Source: Candidatus Multivoradales bacterium
GTDB lineage: Bacteria > Acidobacteriota > Thermoanaerobaculia > Multivoradales > Multivoraceae
Direction of reading: 5' to 3'
Length of the DNA: 64,000 nt
Assembly: GCA_965223325.1 (NCBI GenBank)
Contig: CBDCWI010000002.1
Coordinates: forward strand, 3,712,001 to 3,776,000
Positions 51,801 through 60,912 of the stretch are shown here, piece by piece (within the stretch, counting starts at the first letter, position 1; each line of letters opens with the position of its first letter). A model generated the notes under the pieces. It was not told the origin of the DNA and did no database searches. It saw only the letters and a list, made by a program, of their open reading frames with translations. The position numbers and the translations under genes were made by a program.

Positions 51801-51960
51801 CCTGGGAGGCAAGCTGCTTGGTGAGCTGCGCCTCGAGGTGCAGAACGTGACCGACAACCAGGATCAGGTCGGCGTGACCAGTCGCGGCGAGGTGCGTCCT
51901 TTGCGGCGCGGTTTCCAACGGCCGCGGCGGATGCGGGTCCTGGCCTCGATCAAGTTCTGA
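48829..51960 (+). CDS. TonB-dependent receptor with N-terminal carboxypeptidase-regulatory-like domain (Oar-like)
   Basis: Signal peptide, GTVTDPSGAPLPGVTVTL, EEITVT, IDGVD, SAEYGR..G...NVIVKSGTNTFH, GGPL.RDKAWFF, SPRL, C-terminal Phe. Confidence 0.92.
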   Translation: MKKTLLLIAIALLLSPNVLLADGPETGVVSGTVTDPSGAPLPGVTVTLTGDRGEKSAITENDGAYVFALVTPGDYVVRAVLEGMGEAQSAALVTAGARASIDLKLAPSTSEEITVTSEAPMVDKFNTAAGQTMQSEVGTEVTGENRTYYGVINFMPGVTNDDENADLSSSRPNINGSTWADSTVYIDGVDTTFARYGGSRVFLPSSATTAVSLESGGLSAEYGRTIGSATNVIVKSGTNTFHAEAVYGRTDEEWNSEFDSHPELEQRQSDTRPADFFKRTEQEKASNDNQYEIALGGPLKRDKAWFFISANELNSNRTGKTINGDAVDESGITESRIIKLNFQPTQRQSFSLSWIDTPVFRNFRLEPVYDRYAMTPHDISGELFSLSYNNSLSSKVFLELKLADQTSNENKLLAFGGLDIAAATAVKQQDPRFPANPAGGPAWPGNNFSPYLDGDGWHNGWLLDNGYGLNEFPREQLNLAFTQFAGQNHELKYGLDAQQVEWLGDVRRENLYSGQGDNQFEALSPSGFRNDFSLNPWGVACDFTTGDSCIIQDYNHPALLADLGSNDTKSQNVALYLRDRFTVGDKWVFNFGARVENQVHENDIGREVMDSTDISPRLSLSYDLSGDGSKLISFFAGRSYNQLPQQAINEYLQDQFNGYNGYERRLFLDCAFINCGFGTGAFPAPLGYSVPGSSLGFIRPGGQWDLVDAGVFQSDIEPYHKDEAILGYEWQFSRNWAFDAKGIYWKVDNLIGSTWQLAELNGRLEIFRLTANHGDYPSILNAVREAASPSVQPRLAQADTLAQYREPDRDYKALQLQINRRFSNGWGLFNNVTWSRAGGSSHGDVFNNTNDTYGEQLEQVMTQVDIDNCQARQAARNFPVDCQAAWGPFLGQPLSIINRDGRASFDREIIAKSSGWKVFDLSARQTLTIGGHFTYQSGKPWNRSEGAGGSNITIGDGIPQSTGVSVALEDRGARQIGSHWWVNASAAYGFPLGGKLLGELRLEVQNVTDNQDQVGVTSRGEVRPLRRGFQRPRRMRVLASIKF

Positions 51961-52013
51961 TCTGAGGTAACGGTGCCGCCCCAGCGCAGACTGAGGGCAC
52001 ACCCCGAGGCGAG

Positions 52014-52047
52014 AAGCGCCGGTTCCGTATGGAGCCGGCGCTTTCTT
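52014..52047. terminator. intrinsic terminator between convergent genes
   Basis: AAGCGCCGGTTCC-gtat-GGAGCCGGCGCTT followed by TCTT. Confidence 0.7.
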
Positions 52048-52064
52048 GATGGCGCGAACGAACC

Positions 52065-53513
52065 TCAGCGTTCGGGCGGACGGAAGCGGCGCGGGCGCTC
52101 GAGAAACTTCCAGTACTCCTGCGGCACCGTGAACTTGTCTGGCTGGTGGCGCGTGCCGCGCACGCACACATAGGGGAAGTACTCGGCCTCGAAAGTGCGT
52201 GGGTAGATGTGCCCGGCGCGGACATAGAACGACAGCGCGTAGTCCGACCCCTGCAGGCTCGCACTCCACATGCAGCAGCCGTCGAGTGACAAGAGCGCCG
52301 CCAGGCGCTCGGGGTGGTTGTCGTCGTAGAGCAAGTTGATCTCGTCGATGTCGGCGAGGCGCCAGTCGCGGTGGCCGTCGCGTTCGAGTTGCTCACAGCG
52401 TTCAACGGCAAGGCCGTGATGGACGGGCTCCGGTGCCCTGGGATCAGCGGGTGCTGGTGTCCAGGTAAGGCCCGTGTGCAGGTCTTCGACGAGACCGCTG
52501 GCAAGGCGGCGAAAACGGTCGTCGCTATCGATGACTACGGCGGGGTCACCAGCCTCGAGCGTGCGCTCGAGAAGCGCGGTGGTGCCTGCCAGTGAGAGCA
52601 CCAGGAGGCTCGCGGAGTCGTTCTGCCACGTCTCGGTGGCGAGAGTGAGTTGTTCGCCGAAGGTGAGCTGGCCGGCGTGGTTGCCATCGATGAGGACCTG
52701 GCAGGGGATCTCAGCCCGAATTGTCACGCCCGTGCGCGTGGCGGTTGCGGCCGACCGGTTGGCTTCGCCTGGCTTGTCGTCGCTCCCGCAGTGCAACGTC
52801 AAGCGGCGGTCGTGGCGCGCCATGATCAGAGGCTCCCTCCACTCCACCGGCTCACATCCCTCGTGGATCGCGCGCAGGCCAAGGGTCGCGGGCCGGCTTG
52901 TGGGGTCGGGCCTGACCTGACGAAGAACGAGTGCGCCGTTCTCATCGGTGGTGCCGAGATCCTCATCGGTACGCGTTGAGGCAATGCGGACGCCGGCGAG
53001 ACGGTTGCCATGGTCGTCTGACACTTCGATCTCGAGGTCGTGGGCGCGACCTCGAGGCAAAGCATCTTCACCGCAGCGACTCCGCGGGTCACGCCCCAGG
53101 GTGTCGATGTTGTTCGATTCATCGGCTTCGCTGACCTCGTTCTCAGTGTCGAGGCTGATCACCAGGTGGTGCAGGCCTGGCCCAGCGAGTTCAACGCTCG
53201 GGAACCACAGCCGGCCCTCACCGCCGGCGGCCAGACCGGGGTGACGGGCGACGTAAGGCTCGCTCTGCCAGCCACCGCGCGTGATGCGAAGCTCGACAGC
53301 GAAGCCCGGCGCGGCTTCCTCGCCAACGTTGGCGAAGCGCGCCCCAACGCGGTTGCAGTCTCCGATCTGCGAGAGACCGATGGTGTGAATCTCGCGAACA
53401 ACCAGGTCGGGCTGCTCCGCCTGGAGGGGCGCGGCGCCGAAGGCGACCGCCTGCGCCAGGGCAAGAAGCCCTGTCGTCAAAGCGACGGATGCTGCGCTCT
53501 GAGAGAGGGTCAT
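52065..53513 (-). CDS. exported multidomain protein: CARDB, beta-sandwich modules, DUF1566 (Lcl C-terminal-like)
   Basis: Signal peptide, PDLVV...N.G...D.ENEV.EADESNN (CARDB), D..TGL.W...C..L..DG..DWRL....E...W.....CVRG (DUF1566). ATG 53513 chosen as start. Confidence 0.72.
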   Translation of the reverse strand: MTLSQSAASVALTTGLLALAQAVAFGAAPLQAEQPDLVVREIHTIGLSQIGDCNRVGARFANVGEEAAPGFAVELRITRGGWQSEPYVARHPGLAAGGEGRLWFPSVELAGPGLHHLVISLDTENEVSEADESNNIDTLGRDPRSRCGEDALPRGRAHDLEIEVSDDHGNRLAGVRIASTRTDEDLGTTDENGALVLRQVRPDPTSRPATLGLRAIHEGCEPVEWREPLIMARHDRRLTLHCGSDDKPGEANRSAATATRTGVTIRAEIPCQVLIDGNHAGQLTFGEQLTLATETWQNDSASLLVLSLAGTTALLERTLEAGDPAVVIDSDDRFRRLASGLVEDLHTGLTWTPAPADPRAPEPVHHGLAVERCEQLERDGHRDWRLADIDEINLLYDDNHPERLAALLSLDGCCMWSASLQGSDYALSFYVRAGHIYPRTFEAEYFPYVCVRGTRHQPDKFTVPQEYWKFLERPRRFRPPER

Positions 53514-53647
53514 GCGAGGAACTCTAATGCTCTCGGAAAGCACCGCCCAGAAGCACCGCTGCATGCTTCTACCGAACGGTTGGTTGGTGCGCTAGAATCA
53601 CCCTTCACCTTGGACTGATTCAAGCAACCCGGGACGGCGTGGGAGCG

Positions 53648-53681
53648 CTCTGAGCGGCACTCTCTGAGCGCCACTCTGAGC
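53648..53681 (+). repeat. three CTCTGAGC direct repeats upstream of isocitrate lyase
   Basis: CTCTGAGC at 53648, 53662 and 53674. Confidence 0.5.
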
Positions 53682-53752
53682 AAGACGACGAGCAGCCAGC
53701 TCTCCGTCGGCGGGACACTGGACGCTCTCGAAAAGCTCTGGAGACAACGACG

Positions 53753-56011
53753 ATGGACGTTTTGAAAGCGCAGATCGAACAGGCCGGGCAGTGGTTCGAA
53801 CGGGACCGCTTCCGTGGAATCCAACGACTCTACTCAGCACGCCAGGTCGCCGAGCAGCAAGGTGCGATCAGTGCCGACTACACGGTTGCGCGCGAGGCCG
53901 CCGAGGCTTTCTACAGCCGCCTTCGCGAGCTCTTCGACGCCAAGAAGTCGATCACCACCTTCGGCCCCTACACCCCGGGTCAAGCGGTCACCATGAAGCG
54001 GCTCGGGATCGAGGGCATCTACCTCGGTGGTTGGGCAACGTCTGCCAAGGGCTCGCGCGATGAGGACCCGGGCGCCGACCTCGCCAGCTATCCGCTCAGC
54101 CAGGTACCGGACGAGGCCGCACCCATCGTGCGCGCCCTGCTCGCCGCTGATCGCAACCAGCACTTCGCGCGCGCCCGCATGACTGGAGCCGAGCGCGCGG
54201 CGACTCCGGTCGCCGACTTCCGGCCGTTCATCATCGCCGATGCGGATACCGGCCATGGCGGAGATGCCCACGTGCGCAACCTGGTACGCCGTTTCGTCGA
54301 GGCGGGTGTTCCCGGCTATCACATCGAAGACCAGAAGCCCGGTCTCAAGAAGTGTGGCCATCAGGGCGGCAAGGTCCTGGTGTCGATCGAGGAGCAGATC
54401 AAGCGCCTGAGCGCTGCCCGCCTACAGCTCGACGTCATGCGGGTGCCGGGCATCATCGTGGCCCGCACCGACGCCGAGGCAGCGTCTCTGCTCGACAACA
54501 ACTCTGACGAGCGCGACCACCCCTTCATTCTCGGCGTCACCAACGGTGATGTGCCGAGCTACCGCGCTACTACCTTGACCATTCTGCGCGCCATGGCCGA
54601 AGCCGGCGTTGACGAGATATTCGGTCACAACCTCTACAGCACATCGCCGGCCGACGCCGAGGCAGCCGAACAGTGGCTGAACAAGCATGGCATCGACGAG
54701 CTCATCAAGGAGAATGCCTCCGCCTGGAAGAGTGATCCTGATCTCGGCGCGGACAAGGCGCTCAACACAGTGCTCGATCGCTTCGTCGAGGTATGGCAGG
54801 AGGATGCCGGCCTGGTTACCTTCCCGACTGCGGTTGCCAACGTGCTCGAGCAGCGCATCGGAGCGGGCGAAGAAGTTGGAATCTCGGTTTCAGACTGGCG
54901 TCAGTTGGCCGGCGGGGTGTCGTTCTTCGAGGCGCGTGAGAAGGCGCGCTCTCTAGGCGTTGATATTCATTGGGATTGGGAGCGCGCGCGCACTCCCGAG
55001 GGCTTCTACCAGATCGAGAGCGGCATTCCCTACGCCACTGCCAAGTCGCTGGCGGTCGCACCCTTCTGCGACATCCTGTGGATGGAGACCAAGACCGCCG
55101 ACCTGCACGAGGCGAAGATCTTCCAGGAGGCGATCCACAAGGTCTATCCCGACAAGATGCTGGCCTACAACCTCTCGCCGTCGTTCAACTGGGACACCAC
55201 CGGCATGAGCGATGCGGAGATGACCCGCTTCCCTGAAGAGCTCGGCAAGCTCGGTTTCGTCTTCAACTTCATTACCTATGGCGGCCACCAGGTCGACGGC
55301 ATGGCTGGCGGTGAGTTCGCCCGTGCCCTCATCGAAGACGGCATGCTGGCCCTCGCTCGCCTGCAGCGTAAGCTGCGCCTCGTCGAGTCGCCCTACAAGA
55401 CGCCACAGACTCTCGTGGGCGGTCCGCGTCTGGACGGTGCCCTCATGGCGGCCTCTGGGCGCACCGCGACCACCAAGGCGATGGGTAAGGGCTCAACCCA
55501 GTTCCAGCACGTCATGCAGACCGAGGTGCCTACCAAGCTGCTCGAAGAGTGGCTGGACTACTGGACCGACCACTACGACCTCGACACCACGCTCGGCATT
55601 CTCCTGCGGCCAGCAACCGCTGGCCACGAGCTTCTCGAACTCAGCGTGACGTCGCCGTCCGGTGACCGCGAGGCGAACGTTGTTTTTCAACCGATGGAAG
55701 ACCGTCAGGGCAAGCGCATCCTGTCGGTGCGTGATCAGAACACCTTCGATGAGAAGTTGCGCAAGAAGCGTTTGATGACCCTCACCCACCTGTGGCTCAT
55801 CCACCGCTACCGCGCCGACCAGGTGCACTACGTGTCACCAACGGAAGACAACCAGTACCAGACGCAGAAGATGAAGGCGCACGGCCTATTCGGCGACGTC
55901 TACGACGAGGTCGGCCAGATCATCGTGGCGAGTGTCGACCAGGAGCGCGTCGCCGAGCTGCTGGCGGCCGATCGTAAGGCGCTCGGCAAGCTCATTCGCA
56001 AAGAAGCCTAA
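53753..56011 (+). CDS. aceA: isocitrate lyase, long ICL2 type with C-terminal extra domain
   Basis: [51 protein letters not shown], plus about 160 extra C-terminal residues (SVRDQNTF...RKKRLMTL...YVSPTEDN). Confidence 0.95.
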   Translation: MDVLKAQIEQAGQWFERDRFRGIQRLYSARQVAEQQGAISADYTVAREAAEAFYSRLRELFDAKKSITTFGPYTPGQAVTMKRLGIEGIYLGGWATSAKGSRDEDPGADLASYPLSQVPDEAAPIVRALLAADRNQHFARARMTGAERAATPVADFRPFIIADADTGHGGDAHVRNLVRRFVEAGVPGYHIEDQKPGLKKCGHQGGKVLVSIEEQIKRLSAARLQLDVMRVPGIIVARTDAEAASLLDNNSDERDHPFILGVTNGDVPSYRATTLTILRAMAEAGVDEIFGHNLYSTSPADAEAAEQWLNKHGIDELIKENASAWKSDPDLGADKALNTVLDRFVEVWQEDAGLVTFPTAVANVLEQRIGAGEEVGISVSDWRQLAGGVSFFEAREKARSLGVDIHWDWERARTPEGFYQIESGIPYATAKSLAVAPFCDILWMETKTADLHEAKIFQEAIHKVYPDKMLAYNLSPSFNWDTTGMSDAEMTRFPEELGKLGFVFNFITYGGHQVDGMAGGEFARALIEDGMLALARLQRKLRLVESPYKTPQTLVGGPRLDGALMAASGRTATTKAMGKGSTQFQHVMQTEVPTKLLEEWLDYWTDHYDLDTTLGILLRPATAGHELLELSVTSPSGDREANVVFQPMEDRQGKRILSVRDQNTFDEKLRKKRLMTLTHLWLIHRYRADQVHYVSPTEDNQYQTQKMKAHGLFGDVYDEVGQIIVASVDQERVAELLAADRKALGKLIRKEA

Positions 56012-56017
56012 GCGGCT

Positions 56018-57586
56018 TCAGGGCTCCTCGGTCGCTTCGTCAGTCGTTACCTCAGCGGGCGGTTCGGACGAGTCCCGGGTCGGCAGTTCCTGGTCTGTGC
56101 GGCCGCCCTCCAGGTGGATCAAGCGATCGACCGGTGCGTAGGCGTCGGTCAGGATGAGCAGCTCGTTGGTGTCCAGGTCAACCTCGAACAGGCGGCTGGC
56201 AACCTCGGTGAATGGCGGGTTGAACGCCATCCGGGCGTCGAGCTCCCGAGCGCGGTCGGTCAGCATCTCCCGAGTCGCACGAACTGGTCGATCGGTGCCG
56301 ATCAAAACGCTGTTGGAGGTCTGTGGCACGTCGAAGAGATATGTATGCCGATAGACCTCACCAATGGTTGCGTAGAGCGCTTCGGTAAACGGGTTCTTGA
56401 GGCCGGCGGCGAAGTTGACCATCAAGACACCGTCGTCGTTCAGGCGTTCTCGGGTGAGTTGGAAGAACTCGAGGGTGGTGTTCTGGAAGGGGACTGAAAG
56501 GCCGAGGTAGGTGTCGCAGAAGATCAAGTCCCACTTGCGACCGGCCGCTTCGGCCAGGTAGCGGCGCCCGTCCTGGATGTGGAGGCGCCGGGTCGGCCCA
56601 GGTTCGAACCCCATCCATTCCTGTGCCTCCTCGGCTACGGCGGGGTCGATCTCGATGAAGTCGATTTCGAGATCAGGCAAGCGCTTCTGCACGTAGCGCC
56701 CGAACGTTCCGGCGCCGAGGCCGAGGACCACGGCGCTCTCGGGCGAATCGTCGAAGAGCAGGGAAGCGATGGAGTAGCGCGGGTAGATGAGAGCGGGCTC
56801 GAGCGTATCGAGCCAGATCGCCGACTGAAGTTGCCCGTCGCTGGTGAGGATGCGGCGCCCGCTGCGTTCTCTGATCTCGAGCGTCTGGTAGGGCGTAATG
56901 CGGTTGACCAGGCGCTCGCTGCCGGCCTTTTCGCGCGGTGGGCCGATGATCGCGAAGGCGAGCAAGAGGGCGGTGAGTGCAAAGGCGAAGTGATGTTCGG
57001 AGAACTTGCCGCTCATCGCAACGGCGGCCGTCAGGGCGGTGGCACCCAGAAGAAGGCCGAGAATGGTGTCGAGTTCGAGCCAGGGAATCAAGACGAAGGT
57101 CGCGCCCAGCGAACCCAAGAGGCTGCCGGCGCTCGAGAGAGCATAGAGGCGTCCGGCGACATTGCCGAGCTGTTCGAGGTCTCGGGCGGCTAGCCTTACC
57201 GCATACGGTGAAACCGTCGCCAAGAGCACCGTCACCGGCCCGAAGAGGAAGGTCGATGCGAGCAGCGGCCCGTAGCGCGTCGAGCCAGCCCAGCCCCCTA
57301 CCCACTCTGCCATCGGTCGGGCTCCGTAGAGAAGAACGGCGAGCGCCACTCCGGCGAGGGCTAGCAGCTGCCCTACCGCTTCCAGGGTTGGGCGCCGATC
57401 GGCAAGGTGGCCGCCGAGCACATAGCCGAGCGCTAGGGCACCCAGAAAGACACTGATGACCGAGCCCCAGACATAGACACTCGATCCGAAGATCGGCGAG
57501 AGGATTCGCGCCGAGAGGATCTCGAGCGCCATGATGATCGCACCCGCGGCGGTGACCACCCAGTAGAAGCGCAGTTTGGCAAGCAT
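56018..57586 (-). CDS. fused membrane domain / spermidine-synthase-like SAM methyltransferase-fold protein
   Basis: MALEILSARILSP.FGSS..VWG, GRLYALS..GSL.G, VLGLGAG, EIDPAV, DGR, DLIFCD, LTDAYAPV. Confidence 0.85.
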   Translation of the reverse strand: MLAKLRFYWVVTAAGAIIMALEILSARILSPIFGSSVYVWGSVISVFLGALALGYVLGGHLADRRPTLEAVGQLLALAGVALAVLLYGARPMAEWVGGWAGSTRYGPLLASTFLFGPVTVLLATVSPYAVRLAARDLEQLGNVAGRLYALSSAGSLLGSLGATFVLIPWLELDTILGLLLGATALTAAVAMSGKFSEHHFAFALTALLLAFAIIGPPREKAGSERLVNRITPYQTLEIRERSGRRILTSDGQLQSAIWLDTLEPALIYPRYSIASLLFDDSPESAVVLGLGAGTFGRYVQKRLPDLEIDFIEIDPAVAEEAQEWMGFEPGPTRRLHIQDGRRYLAEAAGRKWDLIFCDTYLGLSVPFQNTTLEFFQLTRERLNDDGVLMVNFAAGLKNPFTEALYATIGEVYRHTYLFDVPQTSNSVLIGTDRPVRATREMLTDRARELDARMAFNPPFTEVASRLFEVDLDTNELLILTDAYAPVDRLIHLEGGRTDQELPTRDSSEPPAEVTTDEATEEP

Positions 57587-57597
57587 GGTCGGCAGGC

Positions 57598-59562
57598 CTA
57601 CATGCGAGCCGGCTCGGGGACGCCGAGCAGGCCGCAGAGTTCTCGGAGCCCGCGCTGGAAGATCTGGGTCGCTCCGAGTCGCACCGCGCGCAGGCGCTCA
57701 TCCTCCTCGTGCAGGATGTTGTGCTTGTTGTAGACGCCGTGGAATGCCTGCGCCAATTCGAAAGCATGGCGCGCGAGGAGCGAGATCTCGAGCGTGGCGG
57801 CGGCGCGTTCGACTGTCTCGCCGATGCGTGCTGCGGTCAAGACGAGGTCCCACAGGTCGTCAGACCATAGTTCCCGTGAACCCTCGAGGTCCGCGGCTGC
57901 CACCTCTGAGTCGATACCGGCGGCCTCGAGCTTGCGTTGGATGTTCTTGGCACGGACCAGCGAATACTGGAGGTATGGCCCGGAATCCCCCTCGAAACTC
58001 ATGGCTTCGTCGAGGTCGAAGGCGATCACCCGGGTCGTCGTCGCGCGGGTCATGAAGTAGCGCAGGGCGGCCACCGAAATCTGCCGCGCCAGCTCCGTCA
58101 CATCGTCCTCGGACAAGGCGTCGTTCGGGCGCTCTTCCTGGCGCTTTCCGATCTCAGAGCGGCTGTGAGCGATGAGCTGGTCGAGCAGGTCATCGGCCTT
58201 GACGCCGATTCCTTTGCGGCCCGACATCTCGAGCGACGCTTTCTCGCCGTCAGCTTCGGCTTCGGTATCGAGGAAGCCGAGCTTCTCTGCAGTTGCTCGC
58301 GACAGAGAGACCATCTCGTAGGCGAAGTGCACACTGCGCTCGGCCTCATCGTGATGACCGAGTGCCTGAAGACCTGCCTTGACGATCTTCTGCAGGTAGC
58401 TCTGCCGGGCGTCAATCACGTTTACCACCCGGTACGCGCCGCCGAACTCAGGCGGTGTGCCTGCTTTGGGGTGGTTGGTTTCCCAGAGCGAATCTCTCGC
58501 CCGCGCCGGTGGGAAAGGGCGGTACTCGAAGTCTCGCCCCAGCAACCCGAACTTCCACAGTTGGTAGGCAATGTCCTTGCCGACGTAGGTGACCGTACCG
58601 TCGGAGCGCACGATGACCTTGTCTGGGTCTTCGAGCCCCTGGAACTCCTCCGACTCAGAGAGCGGCATGACCCAGCAGCCCCTGTTCTTGCCATCGGTCT
58701 CGAGGCGCACGGCACCGCTTTCTTTGAGGCGCTCGAACGCGGCGCTCCAGAAGTCGAGGCGCAGGATCTCGCTCTCGCGGGTCAGCACGTCGTAGCCGAT
58801 GTCGAGGCGCGCCATGGTCGCAAGATGGCACTCGACGATGCGTCGAGCGACCATGCGGCCGAGCTCGGCGCGCTCGCCTTCACCGGCCTCGAGCTGGTGC
58901 AGGGTGCTGCGTCGCAGTTCGCGCCTCGTTTCGTCTTCTTCGTACCATCGCCCGACCTCGGAGTACAGGTCCCAGCAGTAGTAGTCGAAGGGTGCTGGCA
59001 CTTCGGCCACCTCGTCAGCGGTCATACCGCGCAGGTCGAGGAAGCCCACCACGACGTCGGCAACCTGGACGCCGGTGTCATCGATGTAGTTCTGGATCTC
59101 AGTTGGGTGACCGAGGCGTCGAAAGGAGCGCACCAGGACATCGCCTAGAACGGCGTTCCGCAAGTGGCCGATGTGGGCCGCTTTGTTGGGGTTGATGTTG
59201 GTGTGTTCGACGACGACCTTCTTCTGCCGGTCGTTGGCGGCGACAAACTCTGTGCCGAGCATCTCGCTCGCAAACCGCTCGCGGTTCAAGAAGACATTCA
59301 GGTAGCCGGGTCCTTCAACGGTGACGCGCTCGATGGACGGGTCCTCGGCGAAGCGTTTCAGGAGGACCTCGTGGGTGCGCATGGCGATTTCGCGGGGCGC
59401 CTTCCTCAGTTCTTTCGCCAGGTGGAGCGGCGTGGGCGAAGCGAGATCGCCGAGCTCTCGACGGGGTGGAACCTCGATGAGCGGACTCTGCTGGATGCCC
59501 CAGGCCTCCTCTAGAGCGTCCTGGATCTCTCCCGCGATACGGGCTTTCACACGGTCGAGCAT
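57598..59562 (-). CDS. argS: arginine--tRNA ligase
   Basis: GPGYLN, EHTNINPNKAAHIGHLRN, YIDDTG.QVAD, RSDGTVTYVGKDIAY, MSGRKG, FEGDSGPYLQY, P.RM C-terminus. Confidence 0.97.
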   Translation of the reverse strand: MLDRVKARIAGEIQDALEEAWGIQQSPLIEVPPRRELGDLASPTPLHLAKELRKAPREIAMRTHEVLLKRFAEDPSIERVTVEGPGYLNVFLNRERFASEMLGTEFVAANDRQKKVVVEHTNINPNKAAHIGHLRNAVLGDVLVRSFRRLGHPTEIQNYIDDTGVQVADVVVGFLDLRGMTADEVAEVPAPFDYYCWDLYSEVGRWYEEDETRRELRRSTLHQLEAGEGERAELGRMVARRIVECHLATMARLDIGYDVLTRESEILRLDFWSAAFERLKESGAVRLETDGKNRGCWVMPLSESEEFQGLEDPDKVIVRSDGTVTYVGKDIAYQLWKFGLLGRDFEYRPFPPARARDSLWETNHPKAGTPPEFGGAYRVVNVIDARQSYLQKIVKAGLQALGHHDEAERSVHFAYEMVSLSRATAEKLGFLDTEAEADGEKASLEMSGRKGIGVKADDLLDQLIAHSRSEIGKRQEERPNDALSEDDVTELARQISVAALRYFMTRATTTRVIAFDLDEAMSFEGDSGPYLQYSLVRAKNIQRKLEAAGIDSEVAAADLEGSRELWSDDLWDLVLTAARIGETVERAAATLEISLLARHAFELAQAFHGVYNKHNILHEEDERLRAVRLGATQIFQRGLRELCGLLGVPEPARM

Positions 59563-59762
59563 GGCGGCGGGAGCATATACCACGAATTCTATTCCCGCCT
59601 GGCCGGTCGGTAAGTCGCCCGGATCGGCCTAAGCGCTTTATTCTCAGCTAGTTAGCAATATTCCCCCGTCGAGTCTCTCGCAGCGAGGTAGCGAAGTGCG
59701 CTAAAATACGCCTTCCGGACACACAACGGCACTGGGAAAGGAGAGGCGCCCTGGCTGTCAAG

Positions 59763-60278
59763 ATGAATGACACCCTCCTCGAATTGATCGAGGGTGATAT
59801 CACTGAACTCGAAGTAGAAGCGATCGTTAATCCCAACAACGATAGGTTGAAGAACGCCTCTGGAGTCGGCGCGAAGATCAAGCAGAAGGGTGGTCCAACC
59901 ATCCAGAAGGAATGTGACCGCATCGGCGGGAGCGAAGTCGGCACAGCGGTCATGACTGGTGCAGGCGAGCTGACCGTCAAGCAGGTGATTCACGCCGTCG
60001 GCCCCACCATGGGCGAGGGCGATGAAGATCGCAAGCTCGCATCAGCGGTGCGTTCTTCGCTGGCCCTTGCAGACCGCAACGGCCTGCGCTCGATCGCCAT
60101 TCCGGCGATCTCGACCGATGGTTCGGGCTTCCCGCTCGACCGGTGTGCGCGCATTCTCCTCACCGAGGTGCATCGCTACCTGCAGGGCGGTACCAAGCTC
60201 GAGAAGGTCGTCGTCTGCCTGCACGACAACGATGAGTACAAGACCTTCCGCAAGGAGCTCCGTCGCGGTTTCCGATAG
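59763..60278 (+). CDS. macro domain protein (MacroD/YmdB-like, divergent)
   Basis: IEGDIT, AIVN, G.AV.T.AG.L, VIHAVGP, SIAIPAIST. Confidence 0.88.
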   Translation: MNDTLLELIEGDITELEVEAIVNPNNDRLKNASGVGAKIKQKGGPTIQKECDRIGGSEVGTAVMTGAGELTVKQVIHAVGPTMGEGDEDRKLASAVRSSLALADRNGLRSIAIPAISTDGSGFPLDRCARILLTEVHRYLQGGTKLEKVVVCLHDNDEYKTFRKELRRGFR

Positions 60279-60312
60279 AAGCTTCCCGAGGTTTTAGAGG
60301 AGCAGGACCTCA

Positions 60313-60349
60313 GATGCCCCCTTTGGTGACATAGGGGGCATCGTTGTTT
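60313..60349. terminator. intrinsic terminator between convergent macrodomain and DUF2853 genes
   Basis: GATGCCCCCT...AGGGGGCATC 10-bp stem followed by GTTGTTT. Confidence 0.65.
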
Positions 60350-60386
60350 CTGGCCTCAACGGCCGGGGCGTTTGGTCGACCCCGGC

Positions 60387-60725
60387 CTACCTGAACTTGG
60401 ACTCCTTGCCGAGATCCTTGACCAGAAGGTAGTAGAACACCGGGCGAAGCTTGTGGCGGTTCGACGGGCCGATCTTCTTGATCGCCTTGGCGATTGCTCT
60501 GTCGAGCTTTGCGTCGTTCTTACAGCCGAGCTTCTTGATCAGAAAGTTCTTCTTGATCGTTTCGAGCTCGGACTTCTGGCCCGCAGCAACGGTTCGTGAG
60601 TCGCGCCTGTAGAGCGACGGGCCAAGCGACTTGGCGATGTTCCTAAGCAGAGCTTCGTTGCAAGGGATCTTGCAGGCTTTCATTTGCGCCTTGCACGACG
60701 CCACGGCGTTGTCGAGTTTGCTCAT
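60387..60725 (-). CDS. DUF2853 family protein
   Basis: LGPSLY..DS.TVA...SELETIKKNFLIKKLG...K.R.VFYYLL; start set at ATG 60725. Confidence 0.8.
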   Translation of the reverse strand: MSKLDNAVASCKAQMKACKIPCNEALLRNIAKSLGPSLYRRDSRTVAAGQKSELETIKKNFLIKKLGCKNDAKLDRAIAKAIKKIGPSNRHKLRPVFYYLLVKDLGKESKFR

Positions 60726-60912
60726 GATGAGTCTCCATCGTGATTTGGTTGTGGGGAGAGTGCAGGGACATCGAGTCTCTCCGGGAGAACAGCAGTGCTC
60801 CAGCGCTCGACGTCTCGGGATCTTCAGCAGCCTACAGGGAGTGCCGGGCTGAAGACAGCATCTCATGGTGAAGGGGCGAAGACGCTCCCGAGGTCGGACA
60901 CGAGGTTCCGCC

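Noticed and set aside
52065-52500. DUF1566/C-type-lectin-like C-terminus as a possible diversity-generating retroelement target
   Set aside because: No reverse transcriptase and no second near-identical template repeat seen in the window.
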